Shown here in pieces: positions 1 through 12,360 of a stretch of DNA of 64,000 nt (the first letter of the stretch is position 1; every line of letters begins with the position of its first letter). The notes under the pieces were generated by a model that saw nothing but the letters and a program-made list of their open reading frames with translations, was not told the origin of the DNA and made no database searches. The position numbers were made by a program, and so were the translations under genes. The stretch is from Gracilinanus agilis (taxonomy: Eukaryota), in NCBI RefSeq assembly GCF_016433145.1, contig NC_058135.1, positions 255,306,413 to 255,370,412 of the forward strand, written 5' to 3'.

Positions 1-2128
1 GCTGTGAATAGTAAAGCATTTTTTTTTAAAGCTAATCCAGAATGGTGCTCTGAGTGTGCATAAATTACTGATGTGATGATTGTGGCAGTCAGTGCTGTGG
101 TCCCATGGAAACCTCCCGCTCAGCGGCTGACTGCAGCTCATTGGAAGGAAGCCTGTTAGAAGCCTGCGAGACAGTGGCGGTGCTTCCCACCCACCCTGGC
201 GTTTGCAAGAAATTTGGTAGAGATGATAAGAAGGACACTAAAGACAACAAATTCCTGCTGTACTTTCTAAAGGCAGTGTCCAATCTCTTCCATCAGTTTG
301 GCCTGGCCTTCCAGTAGCTACTTGAAGAAATAAACTTGGAACCAAACCTGTTCCAGAGATTACTTGCTTATATCAGAGCTTCCTGTGTGTCACGTCCACA
401 TTGACATTCTATGGATTTATCTTTAGGATTAATCATTCTTATGAGGAGAGGAGGATTTTAAGGTTATCTTCTGCAAGTTTTCCTTTTCTTTTCTTTTTAA
501 ATGAATGCAAGGGATTTTTTTCATGTTCTTTGAAAACATTTGTGTCAATGTTGGGGTTTTTGTTATTGTTTTGTTTTTCTATCCATTGAGAATCATTTTC
601 ACCATTATAAGCCTTAAGGATTTAATGATAATGATGTCATTTTGGTATTTAAAAAGTCTACCAGACTCTTAAATTAACTTATTAAAATTGTGTTAAAAGT
701 TAATGTGGATCCTGTCTGCTCTTTGGTGCATATTGGGCAATCAAGGCTGTTGATTAGACTGGACTCTGCTCCTCAGAGTTTTCTCCTGAAATTATTCATT
801 TCTCTCTGCAAGAAACTCAGATGTACTGTACTAGCTGACCAAACAGCTCTATAGGAAAAGGTTCAGAGGTTAGAATAAGTAACCATCAAACAAAAGGATG
901 ACGACCAGGCTTTTTTATTACAATGAATTTATCTATTGAAATAGGTCTCAGATGGTGCCAACTGTACTTTTTTAGTTTCAGAACTAAAGGCTGTCTGCTC
1001 AAATCTTACCTCGGTAGCTAGGTGATTGATGAGTTGTTGTTTTTTTTTTCCTCAAATAAGTAATTTCCCTTCCTCTCCCAACCCCCAAAAAGCCATTTAT
1101 CTTGTTTGAGGATATCTTTTCTGTAGATGCAGTAGGAAGTTAGTGAAGTATACCTTAGAGCACATTTCCCTTTCTAAGCCCCCATAGAAATTTCTAAACA
1201 CTACTTTAAAAATAAAAACAAAAACCACATATTTAATAGCGGTTGTTCTACCACCAGATTTTTTGTTTAATATGCTGACGTTTTATGCTCCCTTCTTTAA
1301 ACTTCAGATGCCTTGTAATGAAAAATACTAAATATAGAATAAGCTAGGCAGAGAAAAGTTAGTAAAGAACATTCCTCGTTTTCATCTGTGGAAAATGACC
1401 CTTGAAGGTTTGTTCAGAAACTACATTAAGCCGCACTAAAAGCATCCAGTGTCCTTGTCAGAAAAAATCAGCTTGAATTTCCATTGACAAGAGAGGGCAG
1501 AGCTCACAGTTTGCCCAATGCTGCTATAAAACTCCTAGCAGCTACCGAGAGGTCTGTCATGCCGCAGAGATATGGGTCTTGGGATGGCATCAGGGTTAAT
1601 GCTCTATCCTAGAGTGTGCTCTAAAATGTAATTTCCTATACCAGTTTGTTCAAGTCATTAATAAGGTGCAAAATGAAATACTTTTCATTAGAGCTTCACT
1701 GGTTATCAGTAACCCCTAAGCCTTGTTTTGCTGGCTGCTTACTGGTGCATTTAATAAAATAAAGATCACTCAGTGGTGCAGTGGGCAGCATGCAAGGNNN
1801 NNNNNNNNNNNNNNNNNNNNNNNNNNNNNNNNNNNNNNNNNNNNNNNNNNNNNNNNNNNNNNNNNNNNNNNNNNNNNNNNNNNNNNNNNNNNNNNNNNNN
1901 NNNNNNNNNNNNNNNNNNNNNNNNNNNNNNNNNNNNNNNNNNNNNNNNNNNNNNNNNNNNNNNNNNNNNNNNNNNNNNNNNNNNNNNNNNNNNNNNNNNN
2001 NNNNNNNNNNNNNNNNNNNNNNNNNGATGCGTGTGTAAATATACAGAATTCTGCTCTAAGACTCTCTAATTTATGCATCTGATGACAGCGTTTTCTCAAT
2101 TTTTTTCTTTTAATTTCCTTTCTGCAAG
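1..2128 (+). other. ELP4: 3' part of the ELP4 intron preceding the exon
   Basis: Ends in a pyrimidine tract plus AG. The preceding exon (NKAIIARV...YKDYH-like) was not found in 1-2128. Confidence 0.8.
1250..2100. promoter_or_regulatory. Candidate PAX6 DRR enhancer around N-block 1 (1798-2025, 228 nt), HS6-like by position
   Basis: Unique DNA with retained CpGs and TGACA and FOX-type (TGTAAATA) motifs flanking the N-block. The name comes from synteny only. Confidence 0.5.
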
Positions 2129-2235
2129 GTTTGATTCACATTCACCAGATCCCCCGGCTCAATAGCCTGATTTGCGATGTGTCCGACACGAAGGACCTTG
2201 CTTTCAAACTCCAAAGGAAGGTCTTCACCATTGAG
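2129..2235 (+). CDS. ELP4: ELP4 (Elongator complex protein 4) internal coding exon, orthologous to human penultimate exon 9
   Basis: Pyrimidine tract and ctgcaag| acceptor (AG 2127-2128); GAG|gtaaga donor (GT 2236-2237). 107 nt = 2 nt + 35 codons, reading (G)[35 protein letters not shown]. This matches the human ELP4 segment as I recall it, [36 protein letters not shown]. The other two + frames contain stops. Confidence 0.96.
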
Positions 2236-2849
2236 GTAAGAGACAGAATCCCCTCTGCTTCTGTGTATTCTGAAAGGCAATAGAATCTCAGATCTTTATG
2301 CGTAATTGTAGGGAATACTTTACATATTTCTCCTTTTTGTTTGGGGGGATGATTTCTGAACCCTTTTGATAGAGTTTTTGTCTTGTTTTTGCACTGTAAA
2401 AATGTTCGTGATTTTATTAACATAGAATGAGAAACAATTTTTAGTTTTAAATGTGTGGGAAAAAAAAGGTGTAAAGTTGGATGATAAATGTAGCCTGTTT
2501 ATTTCTAGAGATATCAGGAGAAATTTTAATTAAACATGAATGATTCACCCTTGCTTGTGGGTGGGAAAGTAGCTCTGTGCTGTTGCCCTCATAGGGAGGT
2601 TTTCATTTGTGAGAGATGCACCTCCCGGGCTGTGGGGCTCAGGGAGGAGTTGAGATCAGCATTTGGAAACCGTTTTTCTTCCCCGTTACTGAAGTCACCT
2701 TTAGTTCTCGTGTGTCATTTTAAATGCAGTATCATTTACACTAATGTCCTTAAGTAAATTTCTAAATTTAAACTTTTTTTCACTGTGATTTTTATGTAAG
2801 CAGTACTGACAGAAAGCAGTACTATAAAAGATTTATTTCAACCTAATCT

Positions 2850-3500
2850 GGCAAAGAGCAATGGAATATAGAACTATTAAACCATCAAAACTGCTATATT
2901 TACCAATGAAATAAAGACTCAGAGACTAGCTAGACAGCATGGTGAGTGTGATGTGACACTTATCAGTATACTGGGTGCTATTTNNNNNNNNNNNNNNNNN
3001 NNNNNNNNNNNNNNNNNNNNNNNNNNNNNNNNNNNNNNNNNNNNNNNNNNNNNNNNNNNNNNNNNNNNNNNNNNNNNNNNNNNNNNNNNNNNNNNNNNNN
3101 NNNNNNNNNNNNNNNNNNNNNNNNNNNNNNNNNNNNNNNNNNNNNNNNNNNNNNNNNNNNNNNNNNNNNNNNNNNNNNNNNNNNNNNNNNNNNNNNNNNN
3201 NNNNNNNNNNNNNNNNNNNNNNNNNNNNNNNNNNNNNNNNNNNGCCTCTTTAGCTGGCCACTTGATAAGGTAACTTAATGGTTCTCTCTCTTTTTCTCTT
3301 TCCCTTCACATTTGCAAGTAGCACTAACCTATAAATCATCGTAAGGGCCCTATCAAGTGACAAATTAAGGTGCCCTCCTCCTAATTAATGGTCATCAATG
3401 TCCTTAATTATCTAATCCTATTGAGAGCAGTTAATAGTTAATCAGGCAGCCAATTCTTCAAGCAGGTCATCTCTGCATGAGTGCTAGAAGTTTCTCATCT
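2850..3500. promoter_or_regulatory. Candidate PAX6 DRR enhancer around N-block 2 (2984-3243, 260 nt), HS5-like by position
   Basis: Right flank has CACTTGA 3259-3265, TCAAGTG 3353-3359, TAATTAAT 3382-3389, TAATTA 3405-3410 and TAATCC 3413-3418. The name comes from synteny only. Confidence 0.55.
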
Positions 3501-4998
3501 GAGGATATTCCCCTCAAAAGCCACTTAAAGCCAAATGAAGGAGACCGTAGAAATAGTGATTCCTTTACTAATTTGTTTCACTTCTCAAGAGACTCTTGAA
3601 ATAGAACCCAACACTATATAATTGTTCAGACATTGTTTCACTTCTGATACTTCTCGGATTTGTACCAAAATATTTATGCAATAGTTTTAGGGGGATAAAA
3701 TTTATGACTTTATTCTAGTAAAGAAAAGTAGGCCGTCTAGTTTTCATTTAAGTTAAATTTATATTTAATAAGATAGATTGATTTTTCTTAGCCTGGCCCC
3801 AGACTTTCAAGCCGATTTTTCTGACAGCCAGATCTAAGATTACCACTTCCTGTTGCTATAAAAACCTAGCCAAGAGAACTCCTTTCGAAGTGTTTTAGTG
3901 GCCCAGGGAACAGAACAATGTGTTTCAGGGGTGTACTGAACTCTTTGAAAGAAGGGGGAAAAAAACCTATTGTTCTGGAAATGGATAGATTAAACCCTTA
4001 GATGATGGCAACCAGCATTTTTCAGGTGGGATTTCATTTGAGTAAGTTCAGGTCTTGAAGGTAGTAAATTTTCTGCAGTGGGGGCTAAAGTCCATGTTAC
4101 TGTCAGTCTATGATAGATTTTTCCAAGTGAAGAAGTGGCATTTTAAAAAGAGGCAAACAAACAAAAATTGCAAAGGCAGAAATTACCCAGGATCCATCAA
4201 AATGGCATATTTAGTACTTTACTGGTTTACAATCAAATCGATATCTTTTTATAGTTTATAATCATATAAAGTTGTACGTGAAATACATCCCAAGTAATTT
4301 GTTTATCTGTACTACTATTTTCAGCATGACAATAAAATAAAAATATAATTCACATAATTGGTACTACTAGTCCAATGGAGTAGTGTCAATGATCATAAAA
4401 TATTCCTAAGATTAAGTGTCCTAAATATCAAATCTAAGTCATTATATAGTAGAAAGTATAGATCTAGAAGAATGACATCAAAAGCTTCATTGAGTTCTTA
4501 TTTTTAAAACTAAGATAGAATTGATTTGCATTTTTCAAGAATTATTTTATTGGGGAAAAATCTTTCAGCAAGTGACACTTTTTAAAATATGGACCAAGTA
4601 TATTATTCTTAAGCATGCTGTCTAAAGAAACAAGCCCTTCTCCAACCTCTGAGGTCCTCTTAAGTTTGAAGCTCTAATACTCCCGTAAATGAGCCTGATG
4701 CTATTTTCCAATATGGAATACTGGATCCAAGAATGAGAAAGAAAGTCTTTCTTCACTCCATAGAGACAGGGACTTGGGCTAGAATTGGACTCCAGTCCTA
4801 AATTCCCTGATGTGGCAGAATTGGGAGCAGGGTTAAATGAGCCACCTGAAAATTTTTTTCAAATATCTTTTTCCTCCCTTTTTTTGAAGGGCCACAGAAG
4901 CCTTTTCCTGTGTGTCTTCTTATATGGATCAAATATGAAAAATAGTGCAGTCATCTCATTGCCCTTTACATAAGCGTGATTTTTGTTGGTTCCTTAAT

Positions 4999-5105
4999 TT
5001 CATTAGAATGTAAGCTTCTGGAGGGCAAAGCCTCTGCCTTTCTGTTTTATATTCTCCAGCAAAGTGCCTTGCACAAACAGATGCCCAATCAGTGTTTGCT
5101 GAATA
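4999..5105 (+). mobile_element. L2 3' tail fragment
   Basis: tagaatgtaagctt...gagggca...gtgccttgcacaaacagatgcccaatcagtgtttgctgaat. Confidence 0.7.
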
Positions 5106-6376
5106 GGTCAGCAGCCACTTGAAAAACTGACTTTTTTAATATACTTTGTGCATGAGGGTTATATGCTGGGGATACCAAGAAGTAACAGAAATTATGCTCC
5201 AAGCAGTTTCCTGGATAACTTGAAGCAGGTGCAAGAACGCCTTTCTTCATTTGGGCCTAGTGTTCCCTCGAGCTCAAGTTGAAGAACTTAGTGGAATGTA
5301 ATACACAATGTTCTTTGGCATCATGTTCCCCGGCATTCTCTAGGAAGTGGTACACCTGTATACTGCATAGTGATGATAATTTATGTTCCTAATGATACCA
5401 AGGCGCTAACTACATAACACTACCCAAGGACTTAGGCCTTTTGCATTGCCATCAGATGATGATAGATCCATAATGCTCAGGTAGTAAACTTAAAACTCTA
5501 CCAAGGAACAGCTTTACTTTGATGTTCCTGTCTCTGTCCTTGGTAATGATTCTCTACTTTAATATTCCTGCAGACTTATTGTTACTATGAGGAAAAGGCT
5601 TTGTGAACTGTAAAGTGCTCTAAGAATGCAAGACAATACCGTTGCTTCTAAAAGAAAATGAAATGTGATTTTGAAAGACATTCTTACTCTCTACTTAGTC
5701 AATTTTGAACTATTTTTGCATTTTTATTTGCAAATGTCATTCAGCCAGGCATTATTCTTGGATGCTGTGGTTATTTTTCAGATCCCAGCTTAGCACATTC
5801 TAATAGCTTAAAATTTGCACATCTCCACTAAAGTAGTATTCCAAACTTTCCAATTCCATCAGGTCCCACCAGGATGAAAACTTTTGAGTGTAGTAAGAGA
5901 TGGAATTTTTGTCATCTACCAGTCTAGCATTTTATTAAGACATCTACTTTGTGCCAAAAACTGTGCTAAGCACCAAGTATACATAGAAAAGGGGGAGGGG
6001 GGAATTACTTCTCTTCTCTTGCCCATATGCCAGACTAGCAAAGGTAGAGATGCCCGCCATGCTTCTGAGATTCTAACTTGAAACTGTATATTGAAGAGTC
6101 AGTGGAACTCTGTATATGTGTATGGATATAGACAGACAAAGACATCGCCGTGTGCTTTAAACCAAGAGTGAGAACTCTTCTGTAAGATATAAACATCTGT
6201 GTGTGCCAGCATAGCTGAAGCACAAGGAGAGCTCCAAGAGTGGCTCATCAAAACTTTCTATCAGCTTCAAAAGCTGCTTAATGATCAATTGACACCAGGT
6301 GAGAAAGGCTCAAGGCGATTCTATCCTACATTTCATCAATTAACAAGTAGTTCTTGAAATACTGTCATTATAACGT

Positions 6377-6580
6377 GGGCAGCAAGGTCGCTCAGTGACT
6401 AGCATCAGGAAGACCTGAGTTCAAATCCAGCTTCAAATACTTACTAACCCTTTTTGCCTTAATTCACTGGAAAAGGAAACAGCAAACCACTGTAGTATCT
6501 CTGCCAAGAACCTCATGGCCATTATTGGCAAGCCATTATGGTCTGCAGGTTCATGAAGAATCAGACATGACTGAACAACA
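6377..6580 (+). mobile_element. MAR1-type CORE-SINE (RTE-derived tail)
   Basis: tRNA-like head (gctcagtg...gagttcaaatcc) and tail ggaaaaggaaacagcaaaccac...gaatcagacatgactgaacaaca. Confidence 0.8.
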
Positions 6581-6609
6581 GTGGCTATTATAATGTCCCT
6601 ACACATTAG

Positions 6610-6845
6610 AAATTATCCTGAAGACTTTTCCTTGGCCTTTGCCCCAGACCTGCCTTCACCACAACTATTAATGCCTTCCTTCTGGTATCACATTCCATTT
6701 ATATTTTCTGTATCCTATGTGTACATAGCCACTTATGTGTTGTTTTCCCCATCAGAATAGGACCTCCCTGAGGGCAGGGGATAGATTATTGCTTTTCTTT
6801 ATATCCCTAATGCTTAGTACTTGCTAAATGCTTGTTCTGACCAAC
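6610..6845 (+). mobile_element. L2 3' end fragment
   Basis: ccccatcagaataggacctccctgagggcaggg...cttagtacttgctaaatgcttg. Confidence 0.65.
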
Positions 6846-7689
6846 TGATATTAATGTAGGAGGAGGGATAAATCATCATTGTAAAAATAATGGAATGTAA
6901 CCTTTAAATGGTAAAATACTCACCTTCTGACATACTCCAGCATGGCAATAATATCTTAAAACATTTTAATGTGCTTCAAATATTCCTGATGTGCATGAAC
7001 CAGCTTTTCTAAATCTCTGTCATTTCTTAAGCCCAACTGGAGAAAAGATATAGAATGACTGGTTCGTGGGTATGTTTACAAAAGAGTTAGCATACGTGGA
7101 AGAGAAGACAGTTTTATAGACCATAGGTGTATCAATGCCCAAAAAGTAGCGAAATTTTTTAGTAAACTATCATTTGCCTCCAAGAGAATGAATTTAACAC
7201 ATGATAGCGGAAAACAAGGGCTAGTGTACTTTTGGGACAATCAAGGAATAACATTTAATAATCACTTCTGTTATGTGCCAAGTACTAGACTAGGCTCTAG
7301 ATGATATTTGAATTGTTTATCTGAGTCATTTTAGTTGTCAAAGTTAAAGAAATAAAACTTGTACACAATTTTTGTCAGAAGTCATTGAGTGACAATTATA
7401 ACTATAAGTTTTTCTGTATGTTTATATTGTAATATATCATTTATTCAGTTGCCACTTGCAGCAACATTTTTATTGAGTAGCTTGACATACAGAAGATATA
7501 CAGATTTGGTGATATGGGTACAGAGTAGTGTATAGTCTTCCCAGAATTCCTAGTCCTAAAGTTAATAATAGAGTATGTATATTTCACACATCATAATAGA
7601 CCTATCAAAAGTGCATACCACCTTAGGGGGACACAATTTTGAAGTTGACCTGTCTAATCCTATTTCTTTCTACTTTGGAATCTTAATTA

Positions 7690-8100
7690 GAAGAGATAAA
7701 AACCATCATTTGACTAAATTATTGTCTTGAATCTGTAGCAAAAAGTATAATCCGCAATTGGGCCAATTAGTGTACCCCATAGTTAGCTATGCNNNNNNNN
7801 NNNNNNNNNNNNNNNNNNNNNNNNNNNNNNNNNNNNNNNNNNNNNNNNNNNNNNNNNNNNNNNNNNNNNNNNNNNNNNNNNNNNNNNNNNNNNNNNNNNN
7901 NNNNNNNNNNNNNNNNNNNNNNNNNNNNNNNNNNNNNNNNACCACAGCAGCTCTCCACCAAAACAAGCTTACACGACACAATCATGCGGTATTAAAGTTT
8001 GGGTTGAGTCATGCCAATTTGCCTTTGATTTTCTGATGATTGACTAGAAGATGGCTATATGACTAGACACATACTAAAAGTTTACTGATTAGGTAAGTTC
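7690..8100. promoter_or_regulatory. Candidate PAX6 enhancer around N-block 3 (7793-7940, 148 nt), HS234-like by position
   Basis: TAATCC 7748-7753, CAATTAG 7764-7770, TGAGTCA 8005-8011 and CTTTGAT 8023-8029, plus several CpGs. Confidence 0.55.
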
Positions 8101-8869
8101 TCCAAATATTTGAAATATTTTAGACTTCTTATTAAATGTTATGACAACCTGTTCCCCCTAATGAAACATCGCAATAGATTATGATATAGTTTTTTTAAAG
8201 GATAACAATGAATACTTTCTTTTTCACTGGAATCCTGAATCCCAATTTTTCTGCTTGCCACCTCCCTGTAAGAATTGATTTGTCATTATTATAATAATTC
8301 CACAAGGGGAATATGAAAGGAAATTATTCTAAAAGGTAAGCTTTTAAAATCTCTTACCTCATTGAGGGAAAAACAATTTTTTTCTTAAGTCATTTATGTC
8401 CACTTACTATTTTTTAGATAAAGGAAATTTCCTCATAATTATTTTCCACTTAAATGTTGAGTAAAGTGCTGTTCCTCTGATGTGATTACATAAGTGTTCC
8501 TTTCTTTGCATTCTGATTTGTTGAAATATTGCACTAATAGTGACATGTTTCCATTCTGAGAAGAGCCTGGGGCAGCTTTAGTATTATTCCAAGTGATTGA
8601 AGCTGCCATCTTGCTGACTTTCCCTTCGGCAGCTTAAGGCCTGTTTACTTTTGTACTCATTTCACATGCTTCCTCTGAGTTGTTCTGCCAGGACGTCATT
8701 ACCTAGTTTGACAAGATAGTTAAAGTAGACTTATGTTTGGTTAACTAGATTTTCTGTCTGCATGTTAATAACTACATAGAATTATTAAACATAACCAGGA
8801 GAATCCAAGAAATCTTAACTTGAGAAATCTGTATTATAATGTTATTAAGTTGTTTTGTTGAGTATTAGT

Positions 8870-9090
8870 GGTATGATGTAGAACAAAGATGGACTTGAAA
8901 CAGCAATCCTGGATTCAAGTCCTACATTTGGCACTTTGGATATATAACCATAAGGCAGATTATTTCATCTCTCTGAGACTCGGTTTCTTCATCTGCAAAA
9001 TAGAGATAATTATACCTGTAGCATTTAAATCATGGCATTATTAAAAGGGTCAAGTTTTAAAATTTATGTTGAACACTTTGGAAACCATAA
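8870..9090 (+). mobile_element. MIR (CORE-SINE)
   Basis: ctggattcaagtcc...tctctctgagactcggtttcttcatctgcaaaatagagataat. Confidence 0.75.
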
Positions 9091-10373
9091 AGAAATGTTA
9101 TAATTATTATATGTGAGTGATTTTCAGACACTGAAATTTTTGCAAATTTAACTCATTATGATCTATTTTTAACCAAATATTTTGAAATTTCTGCAAATCA
9201 ACTCATTCCATAGAAGTGCTAGCTAGCTGCATTTTACATCATTTTGTAAGAATTACATGTTGCATCAATTAGACAGTAAATCCTACAAAAATATGAGTAT
9301 TGGTTATTTCACAACTTTATTTTACTTACTCAACTAGTAAAAAGAAAACTATATTTTCATGTAGTGAGAAACTGGTAGAAAACAAAGGAATCTGTTAATG
9401 TTTTACATAAAGGATTTCCCCAAAAGATTGCCCACAACTGAATAAAGTGCCTTAGAGCCCCTCTCTCTCCCCTTTGAGACCAAGATGCAATGAAAATGCA
9501 AAACAGAAAAGAACCTACCTTAGACCCCTCTCCCACTGTCTGAGGGTAGCTGGGAAATATATAGTAATCTTCCCTGTGATCCCAGGAGACAATGTTGTTG
9601 GTGGTAGTGAGTCAAAGACATAATGATCCAAGCTTTGTAGAAACACTATCACCATTTAGCTACTAGAACTCCCCTGACAAAACCCACCCAACCAGACCTC
9701 CAGTCCCTATCTCCATGGATGAGGCTGTGCATTTAGGCTGATTATGGAGAACATCAGATATCTGGTTTTGCTGTTTATTAACTATATGTCCTTGGATTAG
9801 CCATTTAACTTCATTGATCCTTGATTTCCTCATTTGCAAAATAATATTAAATCTCTAATGTCTTTTCTAGTTCTAAATCCTACAAAAAGCAGAATAGATT
9901 AGGATGCCTTGAATAAGAGGAAGTTGAGAGTCATTGAATATCACTTGTCTTCCTACAAGGTATTTTACCTTTTTTGTGGCACTCAGTGCCAGGCATATTG
10001 CTATCCATATTAATAGTATATTGTTAAATATGGCTAGATGTGATTTAGCCTCACTGATAGCATCCAAAATTAAAGAAGTTGCTGGTCCTTTCTATCGATT
10101 ATGTTAGAAAATGTTGCATACCTAATAGCCAGAAGTTGTGTTTGTTTTTCTAATCTCTAGTTTGTAATCCTGCAGGCCTATTCCAAAAGATTTTCTGAGG
10201 AATTAAATGAGAAATTTTAGAAAGATTTCCAAATATGTTACACTACCAATGTTAAAAGTTCCTCCATGACAAGTATTAATAGTCTCTAGTATTAAAGTAT
10301 ATTATAAAAGAAAGTTTTATTCAAACAGTCATTGTTTATTCAGCAAGGAATACTAGATTAGAAATCAAAGGTC

Positions 10374-10559
10374 TGGGGGCAGCTGGGTGGCTTAGTGGAT
10401 TGAGAGCCAGGCCAAGGTTCAAATGTGGCCTCAGACATTTCCTAGCTATGTGACCCTGGACAAGTCACTTAACCCCCATTACTTAGCTCTTACTGCTCTT
10501 CTGCCTTGGAACCAATACACAGTACTGATTCTAAGATGGAAGATAAAGGTTTTTAAAAA
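10374..10559 (+). mobile_element. SINE1_Mdo-type (long-tail) inserted into a MIR
   Basis: gggcagctgggtggcttagtggattgagagcc head; TSD aaatcaaaggtc at 10362-10373 and 10560-10571; MIR sequence resumes on both sides. Confidence 0.9.
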
Positions 10560-11749
10560 AAATCAAAGGTCCTTGGTTCAAATCCCAGAGCTCCACTTTT
10601 TAATGACTGTGGAATCTTAGGCAACTTACATAACTTTCCAGGACCTCAGTTTCCCTATCAGTAAAATGAAGGTGGTCTTATTTATTTCCAAAGTCCCATT
10701 AAGCTATAATTCTATGATCTTATTAAAAAGATCATAGATCACAAGTTATAATCCTTTGATCCAGTGGAAATTCCACTCCTCTATAGATATTCCCCGGTTG
10801 ATTACTGTCTAAGGAATAGGATGAGAATTCAAAAGCCTTAATTCTTATTCCAGACATGAAATCTTACTTCCCTTGATGAATCAGCAGCTTCTATGTATTT
10901 TACAAATTTTAACAACTTTATTTATAAATATATTTATTGTATTTAGAATGGAATTCATTATTTCTTAGAGGATATATAAGAATTCATCACATTGTTGTCA
11001 TTCTGTTTGTCTCTTTTTGCAGACCTGGGTTTAGTTTACGTATAATCATTCCTTACATAGGTGTTGAGCTGCCTATTTTTCAGAGCACCTTAATACTGAT
11101 TATTTCACTTTAGCATTATAGTAACTATAAAATGAAAGATATGCAACTTATACAATAAATTTGATTTTTTTGTATTCCCAATTTTGTTGCCTTTTGCTCA
11201 TTAAAGATTTTAGGTGCCGCCTGCATTTCATCTATTTTGAAGTTATAATAGCATTTTCCTCTTTTAAATAAACGGGACCATTTATTATAGATTTAATTGG
11301 ATAGTGTTTTTAAGATTAAGCCATATATCTTTCTGCAATGGCCTAGCATCTTCATTCTTAATGCTATGTTAGAGGAAATTTTTATGTTCTGGTGTATTCA
11401 GTTCTTCCTTAAGAGTTAGGAAACTAAATGTAAATTGTGGGTTTCTAAAGATAGGCTATCTAAAAAAAGTTTAGTCTACAATAATTGATTGGAAAGCAGT
11501 GCATTCTAAGTACTATTATAATACTGGAGACCGAGATGGTTTCCCGCACTTTTCAACGTTAATATAGTGAGTTGCCCACATATCTCTGTGAATGTAATTG
11601 TACTCAATGACTAAAAATAGGTAACTTGTTTATATTTACTTTTAAAGTCTTTCGGATACTTCCTAATGTCCACATTTGGAAATTTCGAAATTATTTAGAA
11701 CGAGTTGGGATGCAGTAATACTGGCTTTAGCAACCAAATACCTTTAATT

Positions 11750-12360
11750 TATTCATTTATTTTTTACATACATTTGTAATCTATCCCTCTCACTGCTTCT
11801 CTCCCGCCCCTGCCCCCATTGAACAAAAAAAAACAATGAAAAACAAAACTTTCATCATAAATATGCATAGTACAACAAAACAAATTCCCACAATGGTCAT
11901 ACCCAACCACCTTTCAAGCAGGAAGTGAGTGGCATGTTTCGTTTTCAAACTTCTGAACGTGTAGTTTGTCATTCTATTGATCAGAGTTCTAAAGTCTTTT
12001 GAAGTTGATTTTCTCTAATATTGCTATAGTATAAATTGTTCTACTTCTGTACACTTTACTTATCAGTTCATAGAGGACTTCCCAGTTTCCTCTGTAACTT
12101 TCCATTTCATCATTTATTAATTTTCCATTACACTTATATATCATAATTTGTTTAGCCATTTCCAAGTAGGAAGTCAGTTCCTTAGTTCCATTTTATAGCT
12201 GCTATCAAAAAAGAATAGCCTAAATATTTTTGATCATAAGATTTTTTTTTTTGCTCTTTGAGGTGTAATCCTAGTAGTGGGTTAGCTGGGTCAAAGGATA
12301 TGCACAGGTGAGTCACTTTTTGGGCATAGTTTCAAATTGCTTCTCCAAATGACCAAACTT
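11750..12360 (-). mobile_element. Old L1 3' end (end of ORF2 plus 3'UTR)
   Basis: Antisense L1 motifs tttagccatttcc, cctagtagtgggttagctgggtcaaaggatatgcac, tagtttcaaattgcttctcc. Confidence 0.8.

Noticed and set aside
2236-2283. Read-through of the exon into the intron giving an alternative C-terminus [15 protein letters not shown]
   Set aside because: The donor is canonical and strong; nothing in the sequence supports retention.
4961-4985. TCACGCTT PAX-like core on the minus strand
   Set aside because: Only 11 of 16 consensus positions match, and it lies next to an L2 tail.
6200-6305. Strong-looking donor CAG|gtgaga with a short open frame (SIAEAQGELQEWLIKTFYQLQKLLNDQLTP)
   Set aside because: No convincing acceptor upstream, a stop just before the frame, and a peptide I do not recognise.
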